From Longimicrobiales bacterium (GTDB taxonomy: Bacteria > Gemmatimonadota > Gemmatimonadetes > Longimicrobiales > Gaopeijiaceae), in assembly GCA_963664435.2 (NCBI GenBank), contig CAXXKM010000002.1, positions 224,001 to 288,000 of the forward strand: a DNA stretch of 64,000 nucleotides, read 5' to 3'. A program made the translations under genes and the position numbers. This document shows positions 48,934 through 59,127 of the stretch, piece after piece; the first letter of the stretch is position 1; each line of letters begins with the position of its first letter. The notes under the pieces are model-generated. The model searched no databases and was not told the origin of the DNA. It saw nothing but the letters and a program-made list of their open reading frames with translations.

Positions 48934-50060
48934 CAAATCCCAGGTCCCCACTCGTCGTCGTGCCGGTGAAGAGCCGCGCCGACCTGCGACGCTTCGTCGA
49001 CCTGCCATGGTCCATCTATCGCGACGACCTCGACTGGGTGCCGCCGCTGAAGCGCGATGTCCGTGCCGCCTTCGACACGGCGAAACACCCCTTCCACTCA
49101 CACTCCGAGGTCCAGCCCTGGCTCGCATTGCGCGGCCGCCGGGTCGTGGGGCGCATCTGCGCAATCCGGAACCGGAATCACGAACGGGTGCACCGGGAGG
49201 CGGTTGGTTTCTTCGGCTGGTTCGAGTGCATCGACGACGCAGAGGTGGCGGAGGGGCTGTTCGAGGCCGTTCGGGGCTGGCTGCGGGATCGCGGTCTCAC
49301 GGCCATGCGCGGCCCGACCAGCTTTTCCACCAACGAGACCACCGGCCTCCTCATCGAAGGAGACAGGGGGCCACCGGCGCTTCTTCTGGCCCACAACCCG
49401 CCCTGGTATCCGACCCTGCTCGAGGGCTGCGGGCTCCGGAAGGTCAAGGACCTCTACGCCTGGCACATCGTGGCGGGGAACTGGCCCGAATACCTGTTTC
49501 GCGCCGAGAGGATCGTGACGCACCGCTACGGCATCCGCATCCGCACATTCGAAATGCCGAGGTTCGACCAGGAACTCGCCCTCGTTCGGCGACTCTACAA
49601 TTCCGCCTGGAGGAAGAACTGGGGCTTCGTGCCCATGACGGACGCCGAGATTGATCGCATGGCCGCCGAGCTGAAGCCGATCATGGATCCGAGCCTGGCC
49701 CTGTTCGCGGAAACACCCGCAGGGGAAGTGATCGGACTCGCGCTCGCCTTGCCGGATTTCAACCAGGTGCTGCACAGGCTCAACGGGCGGCTCACTCCGC
49801 TCGCAATCATCAAGCTGCTGGTCCACAAGCGCAGGATCACGCGCCTGCGCGTCCTCATCCTGGGGCTCCTGGAGGAGTGGCGGGGCAAGGGCATCGATGC
49901 GCTCCTCTACCTCGCGCTGTTCCGAAACGCCAGTGCAGCCGGGATGACGGAGGCGGACATGTCCTGGATTCTCGAGGGAAACCACCGAATGAACGCCGCG
50001 ATCGAACGCATGGGAGGCAGGATCTACCGCACCTACCGCCTCTACGAGGCTCCGCTGTAG
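48930..50060 (+). CDS. Double-GNAT acyltransferase resembling bacterial ceramide synthase bCerS
   Basis: FVDLPWSIY..D..WVPPL, GFFGWFEC, MRGP, HNPPWY, NWGFVP, LPDFN, WRGKG and SWILEGN. Start CTG 48930 (overlap) or GTG about 48960. Confidence 0.7.
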   Translation: MTNPRSPLVVVPVKSRADLRRFVDLPWSIYRDDLDWVPPLKRDVRAAFDTAKHPFHSHSEVQPWLALRGRRVVGRICAIRNRNHERVHREAVGFFGWFECIDDAEVAEGLFEAVRGWLRDRGLTAMRGPTSFSTNETTGLLIEGDRGPPALLLAHNPPWYPTLLEGCGLRKVKDLYAWHIVAGNWPEYLFRAERIVTHRYGIRIRTFEMPRFDQELALVRRLYNSAWRKNWGFVPMTDAEIDRMAAELKPIMDPSLALFAETPAGEVIGLALALPDFNQVLHRLNGRLTPLAIIKLLVHKRRITRLRVLILGLLEEWRGKGIDALLYLALFRNASAAGMTEADMSWILEGNHRMNAAIERMGGRIYRTYRLYEAPL

Positions 50061-50174
50061 CCGGGCTCCTTTCTCGCCTGGCACGCTTCCGCTCTGATCA
50101 CAACCGCGCGGCCCGGCAGCCCATACCGTAGCGGCAGTTCACCGCGGATCCGCGCGAACCGGGCGTCCCCCCCG

Positions 50175-50203
50175 TTGACCCCCTTCACGCCTCCGGCTAG
50201 AAT
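50175..50203 (+). promoter_or_regulatory. Sigma70-type promoter for the B12 riboswitch/btuB unit
   Basis: TTGACC-17 bp-TAGAAT. Confidence 0.75.
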
Positions 50204-50207
50204 CTCG

Positions 50208-50380
50208 CTTCAGTAGAGGCCGGAGGGGCCCACGGAAGCCGGTGCGAATCCGGCGCGGCCCCGCCACTGTGATGGGGTCCGGGTTTTCCCGGAAACTCCG
50301 GCTCCGATGTGCCACCGGGCCCTGAAGGCGAGCCCGGGAAGGCGAGACCGGAGGCCTCAAGCCAGGAGACGAGCCCGTCC
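50208..50380 (+). ncRNA. Cobalamin riboswitch
   Basis: GGAAGCCGGTGCGAATCCGGCGCGGCCCCGCCACTGTGA core, GCCACCGGG...GGGAAGG and B12-box AGCCAGGAGAC, upstream of btuB. Confidence 0.93.
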
Positions 50381-50486
50381 GGCGCCCTTTTCGACCACCT
50401 CCGCGGGGAGGTGAGGGGCGCCTTCCAAGACGCGTTCGCGTCGGTCGGCATCTCCTCTTTCTTCCGCGCGGCAGAGGAGAGCCGAC

Positions 50487-52565
50487 ATGAGCCGTGCTGG
50501 ATCCGCCCGTCTTGCCGCCGCGGCCACCCACCTCGCCTCCGCGACCGCCCTCCCTGGCGCCGCCAACGCACGCCCTGCTGCCGCGACCGAACGTCTTGCT
50601 GCCGCGGCCGCTGTGTGCCTTGGCGCCATTGCCATCACCATGGCCTGTCCTGCCGTGCCCGTTGCCGCCCAGGGACCGGGCAGCCTGCAGGGGCTGGTGG
50701 TCACCGCCAACCGGCTGCACCAACCCGAATGGGCCGCCGCGGCCCACACGACCATCCTCCACGGCCCCGAACTGGAACGGGCCGGCATCGAGTACGTGGC
50801 CGACGCCCTGCGCCAGCTCCCGGGCGTGGCGCTGGCCCGGAGCGGCTCGTTCGGCGCCATCACTTCGCTCTTCCTGCGCGGAGGCGAGTCGGACTACGTG
50901 CAGGTGCTGGTCGACGGGGTGCACGTGAACGAACCCGGCGGAGCCTTCGATTTCGCCTCCCTCACCACGGACAACGTGGAGCGCATCGAGATCGTGCGGG
51001 GGCCCGCCTCCGCGCTCTACGGCTCGGACGCGGTGAGCGGCGTCATCCAGATCTTCACCCGCCGGGGAAGCGGCCGGCCCCGGGGAGACCTGTCCTTCCA
51101 GGGGGGCAGCTACGGCACCCGGCGCTGGCAAGGGGGACTCTCGGGCGGCACCGGGTCGCTCTCCTATGCATTTTCCGCCGGGAGGAACGAGACCGACGGC
51201 ATCCTCGATTTCAACAACGAGTTTCTGCAGACCACGGTCACGGGACTCGTCCAGGGGAGGCTCGATGAAGCTGCCGACGCATCGGTGTCGGTGCGTTACG
51301 AGGATCGACGCTTCCACTATCCCACCGACGGCTCCGGGAACCTGGTGGATGAGAACGCCAACAGCTTCGGGGACGCCCTCTCGGTCAACATCGGCGCGGG
51401 ACGGCGCTGGAGCGACGCCTTCGAGACCCGCTTCGGGATAAACGTCCACGAATCGGACGCGGGCACCGACGACGCCCCGGACGGACCGGCCGACACGCTC
51501 GGCTACCACGGTTTCAAGAGCCTCGCCGACCTGCGGCGGACGACGTTGGGCGCACGGGCCATCTGGCGTCCCGGCGAGGGAAGGTCGGTCGCCGCCGGAT
51601 ACGAGCTGGAGCAGCAGTCGGTACGCGATTTCAGCGAATCCCTCTCCCAGTGGGGCCCGAGTTCGGCCAACTCGCGGAACGAGCGCGGAAACCAGGCTTT
51701 CTACGCCCAGCTGTCGGAGTTTCGCGGGCCGGCGGCGCTGAACGCCGGGCTGCGCCTCGAGGACAACGAGCGCTTCGGCGCGGCGATGACCTGGCGCGCG
51801 GGTGCGGCGTGGCGCGTGGCGTCCTCGGGCACGCGCATGCGGGCGTCGGCGGGCACAGGGATCAAGGAGCCGACCTTCTACGAGACCTACGCCACCGGCT
51901 TCGCGACCGGCAACCCGGAACTCGAGCCGGAGGAATCGACCAGCTTCGAGGCTGGGCTGGACCAGGAACTGGGGAGCATCGGCCGACTCTCGATCACCGG
52001 ATTCAGCCAGAGCTACCGCAACCTGATCCAGTACACCTTCTCGCCTCCCGAGCCGGGGGGTCCCAACTACCACAACGTGGCACGGGCGCGCAGCCGCGGG
52101 CTTGAGGCGGAGGCGTCGGTTGCGGCGAGCCGCGTGCGGCTGTCCGGCTTCTACACGTACCTAGACACGGAAGTGGAGGACGCGGGCTTCGACGAGGGCC
52201 CTTCGGCGACGTTCGTGGAGGGGGAGCCGTTGCTGCGCAGGCCGAGGCACACCGTCGGGGCGAGCGCCTTGGTCCAGGTCGCGAGCGGGATCGGGCTCGA
52301 CGCGAGCGTGCGGCGCACGGGAGAGCGCGGCGACCGCGACTTCAGCGGCTATCCGGCCGTCCCGGTCACGCTGCCCGCGTACACGCTGGTGGATCTCGCG
52401 GCAAGCTTCGAGCTGGCCCCGGGCCCGGGACGCCCGGGGATGCGGCTGACCCTGCGCATGGAAAACCTGCTGGACGAATCCTACCATGAAGTGTGGGGAT
52501 TCGCCGCGCCCGGGCGGGCCGTCTACGTTGGCGGCAGCGTGGCGGTGGGCGGCAGCGAAGGATAG
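50487..52565 (+). CDS. btuB: TonB-dependent cobalamin receptor
   Basis: VVTANR, LRGGESD..VLVDG, ERIEIVRGPASALYGSDA, GNPELEPE and LLRRP motifs; downstream of the cobalamin riboswitch. Confidence 0.9.
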   Translation: MSRAGSARLAAAATHLASATALPGAANARPAAATERLAAAAAVCLGAIAITMACPAVPVAAQGPGSLQGLVVTANRLHQPEWAAAAHTTILHGPELERAGIEYVADALRQLPGVALARSGSFGAITSLFLRGGESDYVQVLVDGVHVNEPGGAFDFASLTTDNVERIEIVRGPASALYGSDAVSGVIQIFTRRGSGRPRGDLSFQGGSYGTRRWQGGLSGGTGSLSYAFSAGRNETDGILDFNNEFLQTTVTGLVQGRLDEAADASVSVRYEDRRFHYPTDGSGNLVDENANSFGDALSVNIGAGRRWSDAFETRFGINVHESDAGTDDAPDGPADTLGYHGFKSLADLRRTTLGARAIWRPGEGRSVAAGYELEQQSVRDFSESLSQWGPSSANSRNERGNQAFYAQLSEFRGPAALNAGLRLEDNERFGAAMTWRAGAAWRVASSGTRMRASAGTGIKEPTFYETYATGFATGNPELEPEESTSFEAGLDQELGSIGRLSITGFSQSYRNLIQYTFSPPEPGGPNYHNVARARSRGLEAEASVAASRVRLSGFYTYLDTEVEDAGFDEGPSATFVEGEPLLRRPRHTVGASALVQVASGIGLDASVRRTGERGDRDFSGYPAVPVTLPAYTLVDLAASFELAPGPGRPGMRLTLRMENLLDESYHEVWGFAAPGRAVYVGGSVAVGGSEG

Positions 52566-52675
52566 GCGGGAAGGAGGCCCCGGCGACCCGGGATGGGACG
52601 CGGTCGGGGGGAAGAGAATCGACGGCCGGAAAGAGGCCGCTCATCGGACAAACCGGAGAAGAAGGAGGAAGGGAG

Positions 52676-53281
52676 ATGAAACCGCGGCTTTCCGTGATCG
52701 TGGCGATGCTTGCCGTGGCCGTCTGCGTGCGGCTGGCCCCGTATCTGCTGGCGCAGTTCGGGATGTCGATCGACCCGGAGCGGACCACCTATCCGTGGAA
52801 CTTCTCGCCCATGCTGCCGCTCTGCCTGTTCGGGGGAGCGTTTTTCGCGCAGGCGCGAACCGCGTACCTGGTCCCGTTCGCCGCATGGGTGCTCGGCGAC
52901 CTGGGGATCCTGGCGCTGACCGGTCGGGTCGACTGGGCGTTCTACCCCAACCAGCCGCTGGTCTACCTGTCGCTCGCCCTAGTGGCGACCACGGGATTCG
53001 CGCTGCGCGGCGAGACGTCGTGGACGCGGGTGGCGGGCGCCGGGCTGGCGTCGTCGGTCGGGTTCTTCGTGATCACCAACTTCGGCGTGTGGGCCTTCGG
53101 CGACGGCCTGCTCTACCCGAAAACGCTCTCCGGGCTGGTGGACTGCTACGTGCGCGCGATCCCCTTCTTCCGCAACACCCTGATCAGCATGGTGGTCTTC
53201 CTGCCGCTCCTGTTCAGCCGCGTCGCCCTGAGAAACCCGGCGCCCATCCCGCTCTCCCGGCTCGCGTCCAGCCGCACATAA
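52676..53281 (+). CDS. DUF6580-like membrane protein (putative B12 transporter)
   Basis: About 6 hydrophobic segments; WNFSP, FFVITNFGVW and YPKTLSGLVDCY..AIPFFRNT motifs; strong RBS. Confidence 0.75.
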   Translation: MKPRLSVIVAMLAVAVCVRLAPYLLAQFGMSIDPERTTYPWNFSPMLPLCLFGGAFFAQARTAYLVPFAAWVLGDLGILALTGRVDWAFYPNQPLVYLSLALVATTGFALRGETSWTRVAGAGLASSVGFFVITNFGVWAFGDGLLYPKTLSGLVDCYVRAIPFFRNTLISMVVFLPLLFSRVALRNPAPIPLSRLASSRT

Positions 53282-53301
53282 CACGGACATCAGGCACCGG
53301 G

Positions 53302-54237
53302 ATGTCCCACCGGATCGTCTCGCTCATCGCGAGCGCGACCGAGATCGTGTGCGCGCTGGGCTTCGAGCGCGAGCTCGTGGGCCGGTCGCACGAGTGCGAT
53401 CATCCGCCCGGCGTCGCCCGGCTGCCCACCTGCTCCAGCTCGAAGGTGCAGGTGGCGGCCTCTAGCCGGGCCATCGACGACCAGGTGCAGGCGATCGTCC
53501 GGGACGGCCTGTCGGTGTACAGCGTCGACCCCGTCCTTCTGGACCGCCTGGCGCCGACCGTGATCGTCACCCAGACCCAGTGCGAGGTGTGCGCGGTCAG
53601 CCTGAGGGATGTGGAGCGGGCGGTGTGCGACCTGGTGCGCTCGCACCCCGCGATCGTGTCGCTCGAACCGATGGCGCTCGCCGACGTGTGGAGCGACATC
53701 CGAGCGGTCGCGGGGGCACTGGGGGAGCCGGCGCGCGGCGAGGAACTGGTGGCGCGCCTGACGGGTCGGCTCAAGGTGCTCCGCGCCGCTACGAGCACCC
53801 TGCGGCCGCGACCCTCCATCGCCTGCGTCGAGTGGATCGACCCGCTCATGATGGCGGGCAACTGGGTGCCGGAGCTGGTGGAGTGCGCCGGCGGGGTGGA
53901 TCCGCTCGGGGAGGCGGGAAAGCACTCGGGCCATATGGACATCGATGAGCTCGTTGCCGCTGACCCGGATGTGATCGCAATCATGCCCTGCGGGTTCGAT
54001 ATCGAGCGCGCCGAGCGGGAGATGCCCGCGCTCACGGGGCGTCCGGAATGGCGGAGGCTTTCCGCCGTGCGCGCCGGGCGGGTGGTGATCACCGACGGGA
54101 ACCAGTACTTCAACCGGCCGGGACCTCGCGTGGTGGAGTCGGCGGAGATCCTGGCGGAGTGCCTGCACCCCGGGCGCTTCGACTTCGGGCACCGCGCGCG
54201 CGGATGGAGGAACTGGGAGCCGGGCCGGTTCCGCTAA
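53302..54237 (+). CDS. BtuF-like cobalamin-binding protein without signal peptide
   Basis: RIVSLIASATEIV, GRSHECD, TQ.QCEVCAV, EWIDP..AGNWVPE, MPCGF and DGNQYFNRPGPR motifs. Confidence 0.85.
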   Translation: MSHRIVSLIASATEIVCALGFERELVGRSHECDHPPGVARLPTCSSSKVQVAASSRAIDDQVQAIVRDGLSVYSVDPVLLDRLAPTVIVTQTQCEVCAVSLRDVERAVCDLVRSHPAIVSLEPMALADVWSDIRAVAGALGEPARGEELVARLTGRLKVLRAATSTLRPRPSIACVEWIDPLMMAGNWVPELVECAGGVDPLGEAGKHSGHMDIDELVAADPDVIAIMPCGFDIERAEREMPALTGRPEWRRLSAVRAGRVVITDGNQYFNRPGPRVVESAEILAECLHPGRFDFGHRARGWRNWEPGRFR

Positions 54238-54303
54238 CTGCTGCGGGCGGATTCCGTAAACCGGGCGGCGCCAGGGGATCCACAGGCCCAACGTCGACGG
54301 GTA

Positions 54304-55242
54304 TCAGCCGCGGGTCCACTCCACGCTGCGCTCCCACAGCTCGCGCGCCAGCGCCCCGTCGCGCGCCTGCGGGCTCGGAGTCTTCTCCCGCTGGACGTGG
54401 AAGTACCGTCCAGTCAGGGCGTCCCGGGAAGGATCCGCTACGAGGTTCATCACCGCCTTGCCGCCCACGTCCGGGCCTGCCATGAACCAGGTGAAGGGAA
54501 GAAACAGCAGGCGCGGGGCCATTGACGTCTTCTTCCAGATCTCCGTCGCCAGCACGCCGGGATGCACCGCATTGGCCGTGATTCCGCGCCCGCCCCAACG
54601 CCGAGCCGTCTCGAAGGTGAAGAGGACGTTGGCCAGCTTCGAGTCCGCGTAGGCCTGCAGGCTCCCGGTCCAGGCGCGGCCGCGGGCGATGTCCTCCAGC
54701 CCCGCCCGCCTCAGATCGCCGCTCTGGTGACCCCGCGAGCTCACGTTGACGATGCGCCCCCGCCCGGCTTCAAGTTGGTCGCGCAGGAGACGGGTGAGCA
54801 GGAAGTGGCCCAGGTGGTTGGTGGCGAAGGTGAGCTCGAACCCCTCCGGCGAATGCACGCAACGTGGCCGCGAGACGCCGGCGTTGTTCACCAGGATGTC
54901 GATCGCCGGCAAGCGGGCGGTCAGCCGCCCGGCCAGCGCGCGCACGTCGTCCTGCCGGGAAAGATCGGCGAGTTCGAGGTCGACCCGAGCTCCAGTGCCC
55001 TTTTCGCCCGCTGTCCCGACAGCGTGAGCGCCCTTCCCGACCTGGCGCTTCGCCCCCGCGGACCCGCCCGCCGCGCGCTCCCGCAGCTCTTCCAGCGCGC
55101 GCTCGCCGCGTTCGCGGCTGCGGCACACCATCGTGACGTGCGCGCCCGCGTCAAGGAGCATCCCGGTCGCCGACCGGCCTACCCCCGAGTTGGCCCCGGT
55201 CACGACGGCCACCTGCCCTTTCAGGGAACCGGCCATCGCCAC
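54304..55242 (-). CDS. Short-chain dehydrogenase (retinol dehydrogenase/WWOX-like)
   Basis: TGANSGVG, NNAG, ATNHLGHF, YADSK and HPG motifs. Confidence 0.9.
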   Translation of the reverse strand: MAMAGSLKGQVAVVTGANSGVGRSATGMLLDAGAHVTMVCRSRERGERALEELRERAAGGSAGAKRQVGKGAHAVGTAGEKGTGARVDLELADLSRQDDVRALAGRLTARLPAIDILVNNAGVSRPRCVHSPEGFELTFATNHLGHFLLTRLLRDQLEAGRGRIVNVSSRGHQSGDLRRAGLEDIARGRAWTGSLQAYADSKLANVLFTFETARRWGGRGITANAVHPGVLATEIWKKTSMAPRLLFLPFTWFMAGPDVGGKAVMNLVADPSRDALTGRYFHVQREKTPSPQARDGALARELWERSVEWTRG

Positions 55243-55244
55243 CG

Positions 55245-57587
55245 TCAGCTGCCGTCCTCAGCCGCGCTCCTCTCCCGCTCTTCCCCGAAGTGCTCGGCGA
55301 ACCAGTCGAACATGCGCTGCCAGTGGTCCACGAAGTCGGCCTCGCTGCTCGCGCGCCCGGCACCGTGCCCGCCCGCGGTGTAGTGCACCCACACCACCTC
55401 CTTCCCCAGCCGCCGCAGCGCGTAGTACATCTCGCGCTGGTTGGTGGCCGGTACGTTCCAGTCGCCCTCGCCCGAGAGCATCAGCAGCGGCGTCTCGATG
55501 CGGTCGGCGAACATCACCGCCGAGTGCTCGATGTACTTGTGCGGCTGTTCCCAAAGCGTCGCTCCGATGCGGTCCTGCCCCACCTCGGCGGCCGCGTAGT
55601 TGCGTGTGGTGATCTTGGGCGAATCCCCCAGGAAGGAGATGATGTTCACCTTGCCCGACACGTTCGCCGCCGCGGCAAAGCGGTCCGTCTGGGTGATGAG
55701 CAGGTTGGTCGCATAGCCGCCGTAGCTCTGACCGTAGACGCCCACCTTCTCCGGGTCGACCAGCCCCCGCTCGATGATCTTGTTGATTGCGTTCGGCACC
55801 GCCTTCAGCCAGGCCTCGCCCGGAAATCCCTCCTCGAAGCGCACCGAGGGCCGGAACCCGAACCATCCCTGCGCGGTGATCAGGTTCATGTTTTCGTTGA
55901 ACCCGTTGTCGAAGTACTGCTCATAGATCTCCGCCACCATCGGGTAGGCTCGTCCCGGCTCGTAGTTGGCCGGATAGTAGAGGATGCCGTAGAGGGTGTT
56001 GCCGTCCACGTCCAGGTACTCGACGAGTTCGCTTCGGGTCAGGGCGACATCCTCGAGCCGGGGATTGGATTCGGTCAGCTGCCGGGGTGAGGTGCCGTCG
56101 CCCCGGGCCACCCAGATCTCGTTGGGATGGTCCCCGTCCGACATGGCGTACACGAAAGTGGAGCCATCCTCGGAGATGTTCCACGAACGATAGAGGGCGT
56201 CGTCCAGCATCAGCGTCTCGATGTTGCCGGAGGCCGTGTCGAGGCGCTTCAGGCCTCGATCCCAGCGATCCCGGGCCGAGTAGCTGAAGTAGAGATGCCG
56301 GCCGTCGCCGCTCCACCCGTGGACCTCCCGGCGGGGGCGTTCCTCTTCGCCCTCTTCGAGTTCGAGCAGGGTGCGCATGTCGTTGGTGTCGAGATCGAGG
56401 AGATGCCAGGCATCCTGCGAGGTCAGCAGAAGAGCGTCGCCGGAAGGACCCCAGCGCTCGACGGAGAACTGCGGGCCGTCGGAATCGGACTCTTCGTCGT
56501 CGGTCGGCGGATTGGCCTCTGTTGCGCCGTTGGCGGATTCGGCTGGCGCCGGTCGATGACCCTCGGTCACATCTACCGCCTCGTCCTCGTCGAGCCGCCG
56601 TACGAAGACGGAGCCGTCCTCGGCGTAGGCGAAAGCGTCCCGGGCGTCGCTCCACGAGATGTTCAAGCGCTCCTCGCCCGTGTCCCGGAGCGATTCGGGC
56701 TCGGCCCCGGTTTCCAGCCCGAGCCGGAAGAGCTCGTACTCGGTACCGTCGCGCCGAGTATACGACGTCTTCGTGCGCGTGGCCGTCGAAAACGTGATGA
56801 AGGTCCCGTCCTCGGAGAAGCCCGGAGCGACGAGCGTCTCGCCGGAGAGCACCTCCCGCACCGAGCCGTCGGCGACGGAGACGAGCACCGTTTCCTGCCG
56901 GTTGGCGAGGTTTCGTACACGGTCCCAGGCGAGGAAGTCGTTCCGGGAGTCCTGCACGATGACGGACGCGTCGGTCAGGGCGTGGAACGCCGCGCGCGCC
57001 TCATCCGCCCAGCCCCGGGGGCGAAGTCCGAGGAGGAGGCTGGTCCCATCCGGCGACCAGACCAGCGGCGAGGACGAAGCGATCTCGTTGTCCGTGCGGA
57101 GCGAGACGGCCCTGCCCGCACCCGCGCCCGCGTCGAAGATGCGGAGCCGGTACTGCCCGTCCTCCACGGCGAAGTAGGCCAGGTGCCGTCCGTCCGGCGA
57201 CCATGCATGGCCGCGCAACTGCGCCGGATCCTCGTGCACCCAGGTACGGTCGCCGCTCTCGGTGTCGATGACCATCAGCCGGGTCGACACGGGCGAAATG
57301 TAGGTGGGGTCGCCAAAGCGCTGGTGGTCGACGTCGGTGCGATCCCGCCGGGTCGTGACCGTGATGGCCACGCGCCCGCCGTCCTCCGTCACGGCCACAA
57401 TGCCCGGTGTGCGCACGTCGAGCGCCACCTCCGGGGTGAAGGGTTGCTGCTGGGCGGTGACGGGGACCGGCGTGGAGAATGCCAGCACAACACCGCAGGC
57501 GGCGGCGACGACGCCGGGTGCGCGGACGATGAACGACGGAATCACCGATAAGGCGCGGGAAGCAGTGATGGGTCGGACAATACTCAT
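55245..57587 (-). CDS. S9 family secreted peptidase
   Basis: Signal peptide, WSPDG propeller repeats, GQSYGG nucleophile, GEGDWNV and GGH. Confidence 0.9.
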   Translation of the reverse strand: MSIVRPITASRALSVIPSFIVRAPGVVAAACGVVLAFSTPVPVTAQQQPFTPEVALDVRTPGIVAVTEDGGRVAITVTTRRDRTDVDHQRFGDPTYISPVSTRLMVIDTESGDRTWVHEDPAQLRGHAWSPDGRHLAYFAVEDGQYRLRIFDAGAGAGRAVSLRTDNEIASSSPLVWSPDGTSLLLGLRPRGWADEARAAFHALTDASVIVQDSRNDFLAWDRVRNLANRQETVLVSVADGSVREVLSGETLVAPGFSEDGTFITFSTATRTKTSYTRRDGTEYELFRLGLETGAEPESLRDTGEERLNISWSDARDAFAYAEDGSVFVRRLDEDEAVDVTEGHRPAPAESANGATEANPPTDDEESDSDGPQFSVERWGPSGDALLLTSQDAWHLLDLDTNDMRTLLELEEGEEERPRREVHGWSGDGRHLYFSYSARDRWDRGLKRLDTASGNIETLMLDDALYRSWNISEDGSTFVYAMSDGDHPNEIWVARGDGTSPRQLTESNPRLEDVALTRSELVEYLDVDGNTLYGILYYPANYEPGRAYPMVAEIYEQYFDNGFNENMNLITAQGWFGFRPSVRFEEGFPGEAWLKAVPNAINKIIERGLVDPEKVGVYGQSYGGYATNLLITQTDRFAAAANVSGKVNIISFLGDSPKITTRNYAAAEVGQDRIGATLWEQPHKYIEHSAVMFADRIETPLLMLSGEGDWNVPATNQREMYYALRRLGKEVVWVHYTAGGHGAGRASSEADFVDHWQRMFDWFAEHFGEERERSAAEDGS

Positions 57588-57779
57588 GGACAGGATCACT
57601 TCCGAGAGGTGGCACGGATTCTCAGGGCTGCAACGTACGTCCCCGCGGCTCAGGTGCGAAAGCGGATGCCAGAAGACCAGGTTGAGCACCGCGACGGCGG
57701 CCATCATGGCAGCAGGCGCAACCCCGAGGCGCTGGGTTGCCCGGGACCGGTCGCCCTCTCGACCGACTCGCTGGTACCG

Positions 57780-58385
57780 CTACTCCCGCGCCCGCATCCA
57801 GAAAGCCACGGTCGCGCAGGCGAACGACGCGACCCACGCCAGGTAGCCGAACTGCAGCGTTTTGTCGCCTTCGCTCGCGACCCAGGAGGGCCAGAACCAC
57901 GCGTTCAGGACAGTGGCCGCGGCCAGGACGAGCACCGGCCAGCGCGCGTCGGACGACCATCTGCCATGCATGGCGCTTCCCAGGATCAGCAGCGTGGTCA
58001 ACGCGCTGATCACGCCGAGAGGTCCCGCCGCCCCTCCAACGGCCAAAAGGAACGCATGATAGCCCGTTACGAGGTCTTCGAACACCTGAGAGTCGTCCCG
58101 AGAGGGAGGTGCCGGCGAGGTTTCCCTCGGCTCGGCGGACGTAGCGGAGGCTTCGGTTGCGGTCGAATCAGCCGGAGGTGGTGGAGGAGCCGGGGCATCA
58201 GGGGCATCACAGGAGTACGACAACGCCGGCAACAGGAACGAAACCGCGAACAGCAACCAGCTGGCAGACAACACACGCCGCCAGCGTGGCGCAAGGAACC
58301 GCGCAAGCCTCCCGTGGCGCCCGTTCACCCTCGTCGGTAGTCCGGCGTGCGGCATCTCGCTGCCTCCTCCGGCTGGGTGGATCAA
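57780..58385 (-). CDS. Hypothetical membrane protein with Pro-rich loop
   Basis: Several hydrophobic segments; overlaps the upstream stop; C-terminal FGYLAWVASF. Confidence 0.6.
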   Translation of the reverse strand: MIHPAGGGSEMPHAGLPTRVNGRHGRLARFLAPRWRRVLSASWLLFAVSFLLPALSYSCDAPDAPAPPPPPADSTATEASATSAEPRETSPAPPSRDDSQVFEDLVTGYHAFLLAVGGAAGPLGVISALTTLLILGSAMHGRWSSDARWPVLVLAAATVLNAWFWPSWVASEGDKTLQFGYLAWVASFACATVAFWMRARE

Positions 58386-58969
58386 CCCGGCGGCCCGTCC
58401 GGATGCAGTTCGCAGGTCGGCGGCTGAAGCCGGGTCCAGGAGAGCGAGGTGATCTGCCAGTCCCCGCCGTCGCGCATGAGAATGAAGGCGTCGGCCCCGC
58501 AGTGGCTCAGGTCTTCGCCCACGTAGAAGTCGTACGGCGTCCAGACCATCGCGAGGTCGCCGCTGATGCGCACTTCAGGATCCCACATGCGCTCGGTCAT
58601 GCGCGGCCCTTCGGCTTCAAGGCGGGCAACCATGCCGTCCAGCGTGGATGTGGAGGAGGAGCGCTCCCCATCGGCCGACAGCTCCACCGAATGCATCAGG
58701 ATGTCGGGATGCAGGATGGCGGTCAGCAGCTCCGTGTCCCGTTCGCCGAGGGCGTCGAAGAGCGACTGGACGGTGGCGAGAATCGCCGCCCGGTCGGCAT
58801 CCGAAGGCATGTGATCGGCGGATGCCATGGCCTGGGCCATGGGCGCGCCCCCGTCGGCGGCCGACATCATGGTCCCGGCCTCCGAGCCCTCGCCCTGTTG
58901 GTCTCCGGAAGAGCTGCACGCGGCAAGCGCGAAGGTGGCGAGGACGGAAACAGCGGTGTTGCGGATCAC
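58382..58969 (-). CDS. NTF2/SnoaL-like lipoprotein
   Basis: Lipobox LAAC; ER.WDPEVRISGDLAMVWTPYDFY...SHCGADAF.L...G.W.I. Confidence 0.8.
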   Translation of the reverse strand: MIRNTAVSVLATFALAACSSSGDQQGEGSEAGTMMSAADGGAPMAQAMASADHMPSDADRAAILATVQSLFDALGERDTELLTAILHPDILMHSVELSADGERSSSTSTLDGMVARLEAEGPRMTERMWDPEVRISGDLAMVWTPYDFYVGEDLSHCGADAFILMRDGGDWQITSLSWTRLQPPTCELHPDGPPG

Positions 58970-59127
58970 GATATGGTTCCTCCCGGGGACGGCGGGGAAT
59001 CAGCCTCTCACAAGGTCGATGCACGGTCCTTCAACGTATTGCCGCCGTGCCCGCCTCGCAGCCCGCCCCGCAACCGGCCCGGGAAGACCGCGGACATCGC
59101 CTGTCGAAAACCTGACCCGCCCCCCAT

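Noticed and set aside
54304..55242. SDR as the missing ceramide/ketosphinganine reductase
   Set aside because: Generic RDH/WWOX-like SDR in an unrelated operon; no evidence linking it to the lipid cluster.
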